A DNA stretch of 53,160 nucleotides, the filler included, from Sluysia triapertura (taxonomy: Eukaryota), in NCBI GenBank assembly GCA_046118255.1. It is 4 parts of 4 records of this genome, joined end to end, with 100 filler letters (N's around TTAATTAATTAA, not from the genome) between each part and the next. Parts side by side here need not be neighbours in the genome. Positions count along the whole stretch, not along the records: positions 19,278 to 30,745 come from JBJNIA010184435.1; positions 30,846 to 41,721 come from JBJNIA010192196.1; 2 more parts are not named here. The stretch is one strand, 5' to 3'. Both the position numbers and the translations under genes were made by a program. Shown here one piece after another: positions 26,752 to 39,389 of this stretch. Position 1 is the stretch's first letter; each line of letters begins with the position of its first letter. The notes beneath the pieces were generated by a model, which ran no database searches, was not told the DNA's origin, and was given only the letters and a program-made list of their open reading frames with translations.

Positions 26752-27979
26752 TGATAGTAATCCATCACAAATAATAAGATGACTGCCCCTTGCCAACTAC
26801 AACGTCCAAATCCAATCAAATGTGAATTAGTTACCTGAATGCCAATTCACAATTCATTGGATACACAGAGATGCATATTTAGAAATCCAGCCAACTAATA
26901 TGTGTCTATGTGTTCATCTATTATATGTCATTAAAAATATGGTAAGAATCACACAGGCAATAAAATTAAGAAAATTAAGAGTTTTAAATATAAAAATTTT
27001 GGCAATGTAAAATTATTACATTACAAGAATGCTGAAATAAACCCAATAAACGAAGTAAAAGTACAGCATCAAAAGATCTTAAAGGATTATAAAGAATATT
27101 AATTAAATCAAACAAATGAAGTAAGAGATTAGCATCAAGGAAATGTATTTGTTTATAAGCTCAAACTAGAACATAGCAATGAAGTAAAAAAGCAGAATAG
27201 CGGGATTTTCACCTATCATGAAAAGTGCCAACAAGATCAAACAAATGAGTCAGATGAGCATTATCACGAAATGCAAAACCACTGTAGTGAGTATAAATGG
27301 TATCAAGGATATGAAGAAAAGAGCCACGTCATGAAAAATGAAACAGATAAGCTACATTTTGAGATTAAAGTGACATTGAAGAGTTTAAATCAAATGAAAG
27401 AAATGAAGTGAAAGAGCGAACACCTTTAAAATATATAAATCAGCTACTCGTAACAAACCTAAAGAGTAGCGAATATTTTCAATTATGTAGATTGAGGTAC
27501 CTATTTTCATTCATTATGCGACTTGTACTTTTGTTCAACGAGTACAGGTCATATTTCATATATATTCTAAAGTTTGTGTTTAGAATACCAGAAGTTGAAA
27601 TCAACAATAATAATTAATGCAATGGCGATTAAAATATTAGCATATACTGAAGATGTGGAATAAAAATGCATCTATCACCAAGTAAAGAAAATTCATTTTA
27701 ATTAAGAGTTAATCGAAAATGGTTCATCAATTCATAAATTCATGCAGAACGTAACAAAAATTTTATATTTAATTGTATTAAACTTTAATGAAAATTTAAC
27801 GTTTACGAAATCATTAAATATTATTGTAGATTTATAAAAAAAAGATTAAAACAATCAAAAATTTAACTGCGACTTTATTACAACTTTTAACAAAATAATT
27901 AAGACAAAACTCTTAAAAATTACTAAAGACGAAATTAATTTAGGCAGAAAACAAATAAAACATTTAAAAGGGTAAAAAG

Positions 27980-28572
27980 GCCAATTGTAAATCTTGTATT
28001 CCCCACTGGGCTGATAAGCAGAACATCTGGTAAATTATTGTTCAGTCGATTCGAGTGAGACTTGATGATCTTCAGACTCAAAACGTTCTATACTACATTG
28101 TTCTTTCAAATTGTTTACGAAATCGTGACACAAAAAGTTTGAGATCCATAATAGACTTATTTTTATTTCTATAAATTAATTATTTACTAAATTCGTATAA
28201 CTTTCACATGGTGGACGTTCAGAACTATCTTGGTTTACGGAATTCAAATTCTCAATATAATAAATATTTTAAATAATTTAAATCATAAATAATTTACACA
28301 ATATATTATGGCCTGATTTAAAGAATTTAGTTTATACTGCACAGCAAAATTTCAAAAGACTTGACCAACTACAAGATCAAATTGTATGGAAAACGTTTTC
28401 CAAACTTTGCCCAAAGGATTGAACTGTGTATCGAACATAATGTTTTTCATTTTTTACAGGACAGTCGTTTTTCCACAAAACGTTAGTTTTTTACATAAAT
28501 AAATGTTTAATTATTGTGAAATGTGTTTTTAAATGAGTTTATTATTTTAAATGACTTTTGGATTATCCGGTA
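27980..28572 (+). mobile_element. Decayed Tc1/mariner-superfamily (rosa/maT-like) transposon 3' end, in G-alpha intron 4
   Basis: Relic C-terminus KNLVY..LDQLQDQI..ENVFQTLPK/RIELCIEHNVFHF. Terminal repeat reverse complement TA|CCGGATAATCCAAAAGTC ends at 28570, followed by TA. Confidence 0.5.
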
Positions 28573-28716
28573 CATTATTTCTGTAAAATTTACGTAAATA
28601 AAAATTTGTAGAGGCTTTGCAATACCAAAAATTGCTTAAATTTATGAATTTATTAATATAATGAACAATGTAAGATTCAAAACCATTGTTTATTAAAATA
28701 CCTTAAAATAACTTAC

Positions 28717-29280
28717 TATTCGGCAGAATCATTTAGCTGATATTCACAAGATCTTTTAAAACACGCTTTGACACCATTATCGTTCCAAAGACGCTTTATT
28801 ATATCAATTAATTCAAGTTTAAATACACCAGATTCTACAGTATTCCCTAATGAGAAAACTTGTCTAGCATCGTCCTTAATTAAAATATATAAATATAAAA
28901 AACAGTACAATTAATTCAGGTTTAGAGAACTCTATTTTTAGTGTTCCCATTGCTCTAATTATTGCTGTAATACTTTGAATAGTGTTACAAAAAACTATAA
29001 TTTTATATTGATGCCTTTCTTCATCGGTAAATCCATTTAGGTGTAAAATTCTAAGACGTATATTAATAAATTAAATGTGTCAAACTTCATTTGTTTAACA
29101 ACTGTACTTTTACCAGATTCCCCCGCTCCTAAAAATATATAAAAAACAAAATAAATACATACCAAGAAGCAAAATTTTAACGGTGTTATCCTGTTTCTTG
29201 TAATCTTCTTTCAAACTTTCGTCTATTTCCTTTGATCTCTTTGAAGCCCCTGTAGATTCATGCGTATTAATGCAACCCAT
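28717..29280 (-). CDS. Heterotrimeric G-protein alpha subunit, Gi/o class; exons 1-4 only (29163-29280, 29086-29128, 28909-29050, 28717-28874)
   Basis: Spliced protein [80 protein letters not shown] introns of 34, 35 and 34 nt. Exon sizes 118/43/142/158 match the Gi gene structure as I recall it. N-terminal MGC acylation motif. Confidence 0.95.
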
Positions 29281-30745
29281 TTTATTAAAACTTTTCTGCA
29301 CATAAAACTTTTCGCGTGTACAATATTGATGTCTTCAATAAAATAAAACTGTGTATATTAATTAAGACTTGAAATACATTAAAGATTACCTTGAAATAAA
29401 ACCTTAATAATTAATATAGGTCAGTAAAATATATCAAACTAGATATGCGAAAAATAAGATGCCAAACTTCATTTTAATAATATTGTAATAATAATCTTGT
29501 AGTAAATTATAAGTTACAGTAATAGTTAAAAAAGAACAATTTGTATTAACCTAAATTTGTAGGTTATTAATGAAATATAACATTAACACATGAGGAAATT
29601 TGTAAGTGTTTAAAAATTAACTGTAAAATTATATCGAAATACTTAACGTACAAATTTAATCTTTTGAGATTGCATGTGTACGTAATATACATATAATAAG
29701 AATGTCTAAATATATTTTAAAAATATGTAATAAATTATTTCACTACTGTTAAATACATTTGCTTTTTATTTATCATTGGAAAAGTAAACCAAAACTCAGA
29801 ATTATTGTTGATAATTATTTTAGACGATATTGAGTCCATTTAGTTTACAAATTGCTGTGTATTATTGCTTACAATATCTTATTATTAACAGAGCTTTTAT
29901 TTACATGATTTATTCTAAGTTTTTATTAAATGGTATTTATCTCTATGAAATCGCAAAAAAGATAAGTTTTTACAATTTCAGCCTGAATCATTTCTGTGAT
30001 AATTTCAATATTTGTACTATTTACATCAATATTCTCTTTTTTTTCTATTATTTATCATTGTAGTGAACCCAAAACCGGTACATTACAATTGCGAATAAAT
30101 TCACAATCAAACACAAAATAATCTGTTAAACAAACTACATCATATCAAATAATCAAAGAATACATACAATTCTTATAATATTACACATTGTTAAATCTCA
30201 CCAGTTCCAAACAAAATTTAATTTCTATTTTTTACTCTATCTTTTATCATAATGTCGTGTTACTTCGTCGATTAATTCTACTATAGTAAAATATTTGGAT
30301 CCGTTAAGAGTTATTTATTAATCGCTAATGAACACTTTATTCGATAGCAGATGTAAGATCACTTTCTATCTTAATCTTATTAACGATATACAGCTTTTGA
30401 TCCAGCACCTAGTCATGAAGGAAGAATTATTATTATCATGTTATTAAGATTATAATCTAAATGTCATGTTACCATTTTCAAATCGAACCCGGACCCTCTC
30501 GTTGTGTAGATCGGTGATTAAGAAACATATATTAATATAATAGTTTGCTAGTGTTTTCTTAAACTTAAACTTATTCACTGCAAATTATCTGATGAGTCGG
30601 TTCGCCAAATATATACGCTTTATACCAATAATGGAGACGTATTATTAAGATTTAATATAATTCCTTAATTAGTGCTTAACCTAACACTCTTACTTACAAA
30701 CAGTTAAAATTAATTAATTAAATTAATCAAATTTATATATATATA

Positions 30746-30845
30746 NNNNNNNNNNNNNNNNNNNNNNNNNNNNNNNNNNNNNNNNNNNNTTAATTAATTA
30801 ANNNNNNNNNNNNNNNNNNNNNNNNNNNNNNNNNNNNNNNNNNNN
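30746..30845. other. Artificial contig-join spacer
   Basis: 44 N + TTAATTAATTAA + 44 N. Confidence 0.95.
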
Positions 30846-32024
30846 TTAACAATTTTATTGTAATCGTGTTCACTTTTATTTCGTTGGCCTAAAATATTTG
30901 AATAACATAATTACCATTAGTTCTTTGATATTATTAGTGTCTGTTGCGTCACTCCTGGTTGTTGTATTTTTAAAGAAATTGTAATATTTTCATTATTATT
31001 GTAATTGCTATTTTACTTTTGCTATTTTAGTTTCATTTTGTGAAGACTCATATTAATAATAATAAATTTTATTTTGGTTTTTATTTAATAGTACATTATT
31101 GGTTTTGTTTTGATTTGATTGTCAAGAAATTTAAAGTTCGTATAATAGTTATTGACATAGTTACAAAAGAAGATTACGATAAAATTATACTTGATATACT
31201 ATCTATTGAAATTATTAAGGTTTAAAACAGTCAAAATAATAATAGTGAGTCTTAATAATTCATAAGTTTTAAACACGCAACACTATCAAACTCTCCATTT
31301 ATTGATTTATATCTACGTGATTTTTTTGCATATAAGTTTTAAAATCTATAATAATATTAGATTTAAAATAGACTTAAAACCGACTCCTTAGGTATTTTGT
31401 AAGTTAAGTCTTTAGAAGTAACACTTGCATGTACATAAAAAATATAACTATTTTTAAAAATTTCATTCACGATAGTTATGTGAGCAGTAAGCCTAAAATG
31501 AATAAATTGATTTCTGTCTTTAACCCATTTAATTGACTTTTTGTATTCAAAAAATTCATATTTATACTATTTTATACCTATCCAAATAATGTAACTATAT
31601 TTTAAAAATATATTTATATTTTTCATATATTCTTATTATTTATATTCCTTTGAAAGAATTGTAGCATCTAAATTTTATAAGATAAAAATCAAGCAATAAT
31701 AATGTAACAAGCTTTACGTAAGATAAGCATATTAAGTTACAGATGTGCTTAAATATAATATAATTTTATTTTGTATATTTTTTATTAAATATTTTTATTA
31801 ACTTGCTCTTTAAAAATTTTGTTTCCGGTTTTAGTTCGATTGCTAGATACATTTTAAAATCTAAACTAAAAAATACTTTTAATTGTTAAAATTATATAGA
31901 TTGCATAATTGTATATAAATTTAATTAGTGTTATCATTTATAACTTTTAAGAATTTTGATGTGCATATGTAATATTTTATTTTAATTTTGTAATTTTAAA
32001 TACAGTTTTAGTTTTATAAATTTA

Positions 32025-34542
32025 ATGTCTGTTGATACATTTTCATCTAGAGGTTCCTTACCGAAGAGACCAAAGCCTTTTACAGGTTTTTTGCATTTTC
32101 AATTTAATAAATATTTTAGATACCAGTTTTAATCTCGCCAATTTTGAAGCGAAATGGTCTAAAGTTGTAATTGAAATAAGAAATATTTTTAAAAGTGAAC
32201 CAGTATCACTTGGATACACGAATCTTCTTAGAGTAATTAAATTAATAATATAAATCTTTTTTAGATTATCAGATGTTTTGATGGTGAAATTTGTGGACAA
32301 ATATTTGATAATTTGAGGAAATTATGCTTGGAACACGTTAATCGGTGTGCACCTGCACTTTATGAATATCCTTTTATCATTATTTTTATTATTTAATTTT
32401 TATATATTAAATTTTTCCTTAACTACATTATTTACAGATAAAAATACTGATTCAAAATTTCTAACTCACATTGATAACAGTTGGAAAGATTATTGTTCAA
32501 AAATGGAAGTTCTTCGACGCTTGTTTATGTACATAGATCATAAATATTGGTCAAGTAATCCAAATTATATTTCATTTTGGGACATGACAATGCGTTTATG
32601 GCATGATATGTTCATTTCTACAAATTTATTAAATAAAATCGTCGTACTTAATTTGAGACAAGTTCATGCTCAAAGAAATGGTAATAATGAATATTTAGAA
32701 TTAACGAAATCTATTGTTAATATGCTTAAAAGTTTGGATCTTTATAATAAGTTTTGGGAACATAAATACATGGAAGAAGCATGTCACTTTTATTCTAAAG
32801 ATTGTGAAATCAAAATGAAGGAATTACCTGATGTGCGATATTTAAAATATGTGATGAGCAAATTGGAAGAAGAAAAAGTAAGGTCAAATGATTATTTAGA
32901 GGGAGATAGTATCAGGATTCAATTTCGTGATGCTTTGATTAATATTATTTTGAAGCCACAATTAGATACTTTATTGGGTGTGTTTTTTAATGGCATTATG
33001 AAAGAAAATGACTTAGATAATTTAAAGACACTTTATAGTGTAACTGAATTAATATACGCTAAGCCTAATGAATTTACCGGTATTAGTTGTTTACGAAGTC
33101 ATTTTAAAAATTATATTATGAAAGTTGGATTAACAATAGTGGAAAATAGTGGAGATGATGTTGAAAAAGATAAAAAAATGACACAGCAGTTATTAGATTT
33201 AAAAGATAATTTAGATAAAATAGTCGTTGAATGTTTTAAAAACGATTTAGTATTTCATAAAACTGTACGAGATTGTTTTGAAAGCTTTGTAAATTCTCGT
33301 CCTAACAAACCTGCTGAATACCTGGCAAAATTTTTGGATTCTAAGTTAAGATCTGGAAATAAAAACTTAACTGAAGAAGCAATGAACATAATTATGGATA
33401 AGGTAATGACATTATTTCGTTTTATTACTGGTAAAGATGTATTTGAAGCCTTTTATCTAAAAGATCTTGCAAAACGATTGTTAATGGGTAAAAGTGCTTG
33501 TGTGGATACAGAAAAAGCAATGCTGGAAAAACTAAAGCAAGAATGTGGCCCTAATTATACGCGTAAAATGGAAGTAATGTTTTCTGATATTGAAAACAGT
33601 CAACGACTAAGCTCTCAGTTTAATAAAAGTCAATCTTTGAAAACAGTTTTGTCAGAAATAGATCCTGAAAGTCCTTACAAAGATGCTGAAATGAGTGTTC
33701 ATGTCATTTGTAATGCAACATGGCCTAATTTAGGTGGTTGCAAAACATTAAATTTACCAAGTCCATTGTTGAAATTACAGGAAGCGTTTTGTCAATTTTA
33801 TAATAGTGCTCATACTGGTCGAAAATTAATTTTTGAACCTCATTTGGGTACTTGTGTAGTGCGTGCTTATTTCCCAAAAGGTAGGAAGGAATTACAGGTA
33901 TCAGAATTTCAATGTATGGTTTTAATGCAATTTAATGGCGAAGGAGAAATAAGTTTAACTTATCAACAATTAGAAGATGCGCTGAAAATTGAACCAGAAG
34001 AAATGAAGAAAACTGTTCTTTCGTTGTCGGTTGGTAAAGGTCAAAAAGTGCTTTGTAAGAAACCAATGGTAAGTATTCAAACAATTCAAATTAATATAAT
34101 TAATTTAGACTACTGTTTTGGAATCAACTGATGTTTTTACATTCAATGAAAATTTCCAGCATAAACTTACTAAAATAAAGTTTAATCAGATTCAAACAAA
34201 AGAAACGGTTAGTATTTCAATTCATTTATTGTCATTATGTACACGTAACTACAGAAAGAAGAGCAACAGGCGACCGAAGAACAAGTATTTATTGATCGGC
34301 AATCGCATTTGGATTGTTATATTGTAAGATTAATGAAGTCTCACCGAAAATTGGAACATACAGCTTTAGTAACGGAAATTTTAAAAGAGGTGCGATTTCC
34401 GGTGAAGGTTAGTGCTTAATTTTATAAAGAGTACTTTTAAATTTAGGGAGCGGATATAAAGAAACGTATTGAGCATTTGATTGAAAGGGATTTTATGTCA
34501 CGAGATTCTTCGAATCCTAGTCTTTATCATTATGTTGCTTAA
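32025..34542 (+). CDS. CUL4: Cullin-4, 751 aa; exons 32025-32085, 32120-32232, 32265-32365, 32436-34068, 34109-34207, 34255-34407, 34447-34542
   Basis: CUL4-type motifs [54 protein letters not shown], neddylation site IVRLMKS and C-terminal [18 protein letters not shown]. All seven exons splice in frame (2256 nt). Confidence 0.95.
32366..32435 (+). other. U12-type (minor spliceosome) AT-AC intron, 70 nt, CUL4 intron 3
   Basis: 5'ss ATATCCTTT; branch site TTTTCCTTAAC ending at 32423, about 13 nt before the terminal AC. Removal restores the frame (TAT GA|A GAT AAA). Confidence 0.93.
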
Positions 34543-35249
34543 TATTGTCATGTTTCTCTGAAATACATAATTCAAGTTTTTGAATGTTATGGTATTTGTT
34601 AATTTTTTAAAAAGCAGAAAATAAAGAGTATCATTCTTATCGAATATTTAAATAATAAATATTAAAATAGTTTTATTAATTTGGTTTCAAAATAATTTAT
34701 TTATTTTTAACACAAATGAAAAATAAGTTTTAATGTCATATTCGAAAATACGACAATAACATGGGAAAGAATATTTCGTTGCAAAGAATTTTTGGCATTG
34801 AAACTAAAAGTTTTATGAAATAAATTGTATTCATTAACATTGTTAAAGAATAAAAGTGAAATTGACTCTAGATGTTTCATCTTCATGATCCCTCTTTCAA
34901 TAATGTTTTACATTTTATATCATGTTTTTATTCAGTTGAGCAATTCCAGCATACTTGTTAAAGTATTAATAAAACTAATATTGAGTTAGAAAACATTGGA
35001 GATAAATTAAATTCCAACGACATTTTGGCATTTTTAACACGAATAGATGACAACCGGGAATTATCGATGTTTGTATTTAAAACAAAAGTTTTGCTTAAGG
35101 AATCATTTTCTAAACGTAGTAAAACTATAAAAAAAATGATGAATGAACACAGAATTAATGGATGAATATCAAAACGGGTTTGGTCAACTCGTTAGAGTAC
35201 TCCCAAAGTGTGGCATGAAATTTTTGCTTTACCGAAAATATTTAAATTG

Positions 35250-36290
35250 TGTGTGTGTGTGTCTAATACTTTTATTTTTCGAAATTATTAAACTAAAATT
35301 CGATAACTAAGTAATTCAAAATCTCGATATATTCTTTATATTATCACAAAATTATAACTAAAATATCTTTTTTAACGATACAATTTATATTAACAATAAA
35401 AATTAATCTTTATAACAATATGAATTATTCTTCAGTGACAAATGTGTCTTTTGTACTTTTTTTATTTTTACAAATTATCAATTAAAAACTCAATAATTAA
35501 ATAAATTCAGAATCTCGCTATATCACATATTTACAACTAAAAAATATAAATTATTCTTTAAAAACAAATCACAACCAGGGGTGACACAACCTATTCAAAT
35601 ATTAATACAAAAATATAATCAGTACAAAATAATTCACTAACTTTTATTCCTACTTTATACTAAACTATTTGATTTTAAAGTTGATTGCTAAAGAAATAAC
35701 TTCAGTTCCACTGTTATCCATTTATGAACTGAAGCAGCATCCCTACAGCTAGAAAGTTTTCTTTAATCTTAATTCTTATCTATATCTCTTTTCTGTTTTC
35801 TAACTTTACGAAAAAAGGTAACTGCTTATATAGTTCTTTATGATGCTTTTAGGAAATTAAAAATCAGAAATTGAACAAGATAGAAATTAAAGCTGTCTAT
35901 TCTCTTTTAGTCGGTAATAAGCCAACTAGTTTTACTGAATGAATTTCGGCAGCAATTCAATCTCATTTTTATTATCTAAAGATGATAGGATTTGTGGTAA
36001 ACAATTCCTTTATCTTAATATCACCTAATTAAAATTTAAAATCATTGTTACATTGCTTTTATAATAATAACGCAATTTGTCAACTTAATTTATCATTAAA
36101 ATTAATGAAATAATAAATTTATTTCTAACAAGAGTATTCTGCATTAATATGTTGTGCGTTACCCGTACGTTGCACATCAATTCAATAGCATATTTAACTT
36201 TAATTTTAAATTATAAAAATTGATTAAAATAACTAATTTTTACGCTATCTTCGTTAACGTGCTTCGCAATACTAATAAAATCAATAATAA
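35250..36290 (-). mobile_element. LTR family B, copy 3 (truncated)
   Basis: Extended reverse-complement match to about 6530-7400 (e.g. TTGATTGCTAAAGAAATAAC, TATTCTCTTTTAGTCGGTAATAAGCC, ATCTCGATATATTCTTTATATTATCACAA). Confidence 0.65.
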
Positions 36291-36299
36291 TACGAAAAT

Positions 36300-38125
36300 A
36301 TATTAACTATAAATTGAAAATCTTCGCCCGAAGGCAGTAAATACATAATGATTTTCATACAAAATTTGTTTTTGTTTTTTGTTTGTTAGAGTATGAAGGG
36401 ATCAATTAAATATTTAGAATGAGAAATCACATCATTGATCATTAGCAGTTGTTGGTTCTGGGGCAGGAACTGACACTGGATCCAGACTTAGGATTGGTTG
36501 TTGGATTGTAGCTGCTGTTGGATTTGGAGTAAGGGCAGCATCACTGCGGCGAAGTTTTGAGTACCGCAAAAGTACGTGATTAACGTAGATACGATATGAC
36601 ATCTTCACCATATCCGTAGAGATATCTACCAAGAGCTTGTTAATACCACATTTGCTGAATTTGAAGTTTTTAAGAATACTTACATTTTCGGGGTTCATTG
36701 TGCCAAGTATGGGAAATTTTAACTTTACGACGAACAATTTTACTTAGATATTGAGAAAAAGGTGAATATTTTAAAAAAATTTCTTTTGTGAATATTAGAG
36801 TAAGAATGAATTTTGTCGAATGGGGTTTTAACATCAATTAAGAACACTTGTCAAATTTACAGAGTAAGTCAGGGCGTTGCCGTTAATTTCATCAAGAACA
36901 TCAGAGCGCTCTGAACATCACAAGTGATGGGGTGAGCAGGGATTGACACTTCAAGGATTGCCAACGATAGAAATGAGATAGCCCAGTTAGTTGGTAGAAA
37001 GCCTGGGTAAGGTTATCCTTTTCATCCCTTGTGAAAGAATAAGAAGTATCTTGAAGGGAAAGATTGATAGAAAAGGAATCTTCAGCAAAGGCAATCAAAA
37101 CCTGAATGTTATGTTTAGATTTCAATGCTTTACAATAATCCCTAACATTGGCCCAAAGCGTAGATTTAGAGGGATACCAGAGAGTCAAGGGTTGTAATAA
37201 AGTCAGGATTCCGAAAGTATAGTTTGGCATCTAATTTAAGGTAATCAAGAGAAAAATAGCGTAACGTTTTATCAGTGGAGGTAAAAATTCTGCAGCAGTG
37301 AACTACTGTCTGAATTAAGTATTCACTGTGGAGGGAGGTAAAACCAATACCTCCCAAGTCAACAGTGGTGTAGAAGAAGTCAATAGAGGTAAAACGAAAA
37401 TGTATTTCAAGGACAGGTCGAAGAATGTTTCTAAAACTCCTATCAAAGGAGATAATATCATTAGAGTGCATTTTTGCCTATCTAAGCTGGATTCTTAGAA
37501 TTTTACATGCTCTAAAACGATAAGGAAATCGTGAAAGTATAAAGATTTTTATTGACCTAATTTTCTGTACTGGATGAAGGCGAGAGTTTTAAATCTTTGA
37601 ACAATAAGAGAGAGCAGTTTGAAGTAGATATTTTATTGATAGATATTTAGCATTACCAATTTTTGAGCCGAGATAGGTGTAGTGATTTTTAGAATCAATA
37701 ATAGGAACTGGAATGTTATAAATACTCAAAGGTAGTTCTACATTTTTCTTAAGAGTATTCAGATAACCACATTTATCAGGGCGAAATTTCAGATTGATGT
37801 AAGAATAAATAATAGAAAGTTCATTTAAAGTATATTGTCTTGATTGATAAGAATCAGATACAATCATTATGTCATCAGCAGAAGTAAGGCAGATAAAGGA
37901 ATATCCTAAATAACGAAACGTAGAGATTTCACGAATAACAAATCGAAGTAAAGGTTCAGTAGCAAGGCAGAAAAGAGTCATAGATAGGGGGCAGCTTTGC
38001 TTAACACCAACTTTAACTGGAACAGGATTTGTGACGCCAAGAGAGTAAGTACAAGAATTATAACTATATAGGTTCTTCAGTAATGAAAGTGTTGGTTTTT
38101 GTAAGCCAGAATTTTCAAGCAACCA
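36300..38125 (-). mobile_element. 5'-truncated, decayed non-LTR retrotransposon with C-terminal restriction-like endonuclease (NeSL/Utopia-like)
   Basis: RT motifs GVKQSCPLSMTLFCLATEPLLR, SADD (for YADD), KC, YTYLG, LGGIG. RLE motifs RPDLL..LIDVKTPFD and LGTMNPEN..DMVKMSYRIYVNHV. Many frameshifts. Confidence 0.85.
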
Positions 38126-39389
38126 AAAGCATTTGAATAATCATTCCAACAAACAAACAATGGAGATCTTGGCACGTGAGTTATGCTAGCTTGTAAAATG
38201 GTTTCAAATTCAACATATCATACCGCATTCAAAAGTTATTCACGAAAACGTACTTTTTCTTAATTGAGTTAAGATTTTAATTAATTAATATATTTTTAGA
38301 CTGAATATTATTCTATATTTAAAGGTTTTAATAAGGTTCCAAAGTTATTTAGTAATTTAAAAGGCATTCAGGAGGCTCTAGATGTTTTCACCTTTACCTC
38401 TCTGATTCCTTTTTCTATTTATTCATGTTTATTATTACCACATTAAACTTATCTTTATTATTTTGAACAAAGATTTTATATTTCAAACATTTTGATGATT
38501 TTATACATTTTATAATATTACTCGAATATCTTTGATGCTTAAGGTTTCCAGAATACATAAAAATTAATGGAGTCTTAGATGATATCAAAATTAACAAGCT
38601 CAAGGGTATTCTAATGCCTTCAAAGATTTTTAAAGTCCATTTCAAGCCTCCACTATGTCTCGACACCTTATATAGTTCTTTGGAATATCAAGGTATTCTT
38701 TAGCTGTTATAATTATTATAGATTTTTTATTTTCATGATTCTTTTTCCAACAATGTTTATAATTTCAATCTATCACTTTGTATCAACTCTTTCTTCACTT
38801 TGTGATTCTATGTTTCTTACTAATATCCTAATCCACAGTTGGACAATCTCAACATATCTCATTCCCGACAAAATTCTCTGACCGCTGACAATACGATAAA
38901 TTATACTGTTTGTGAGAGTCCAACAGCCTTAACACTTTACATTATTATTCAATAATCCGTAACACTTTATATTATTATTTATTGTGATTATACATTTATT
39001 ATTTAATTATGATTTTATCATTTATTTAATTTTATGAGTAAAAAATTATTATGTAAAATATTATTGTAAAAAATTATTAATTAAAATATTAAAATATTAT
39101 ATTGTAAAAAAATTAACTAATTAAAATATTATATAATTTAAATAAATATGATTTAAATAAATATGATTTAAATAAAAGTTATTTTTGTTTAATAATATTA
39201 AATTATTTTTGTTTAAATGAATTACTTTTGTATACGTGTGAGCAATATGGTGATTGAAGACAATATTGGGTATAAAATCCAATGAATTTTGTGGGTTGAA
39301 CACAATTTTGTCGTCAACAATTTGTTGCTCACCAAACTTCGAATCAATTCCATGAAAATGGTAAGTTTCTTTTTGATAAGATTTTTAAT

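Noticed and set aside
32347-32435. Hydrophobic 'signal peptide' at the start of the 594-aa ORF
   Set aside because: It is read-through of the U12 intron. The real CUL4 start is at 32025.
36356-36367. AATTTTGTATG after the LINE stop, resembling a cestode SL 3' end (possible NeSL target)
   Set aside because: Not followed by a GT donor, and a short AT-rich match is expected by chance.
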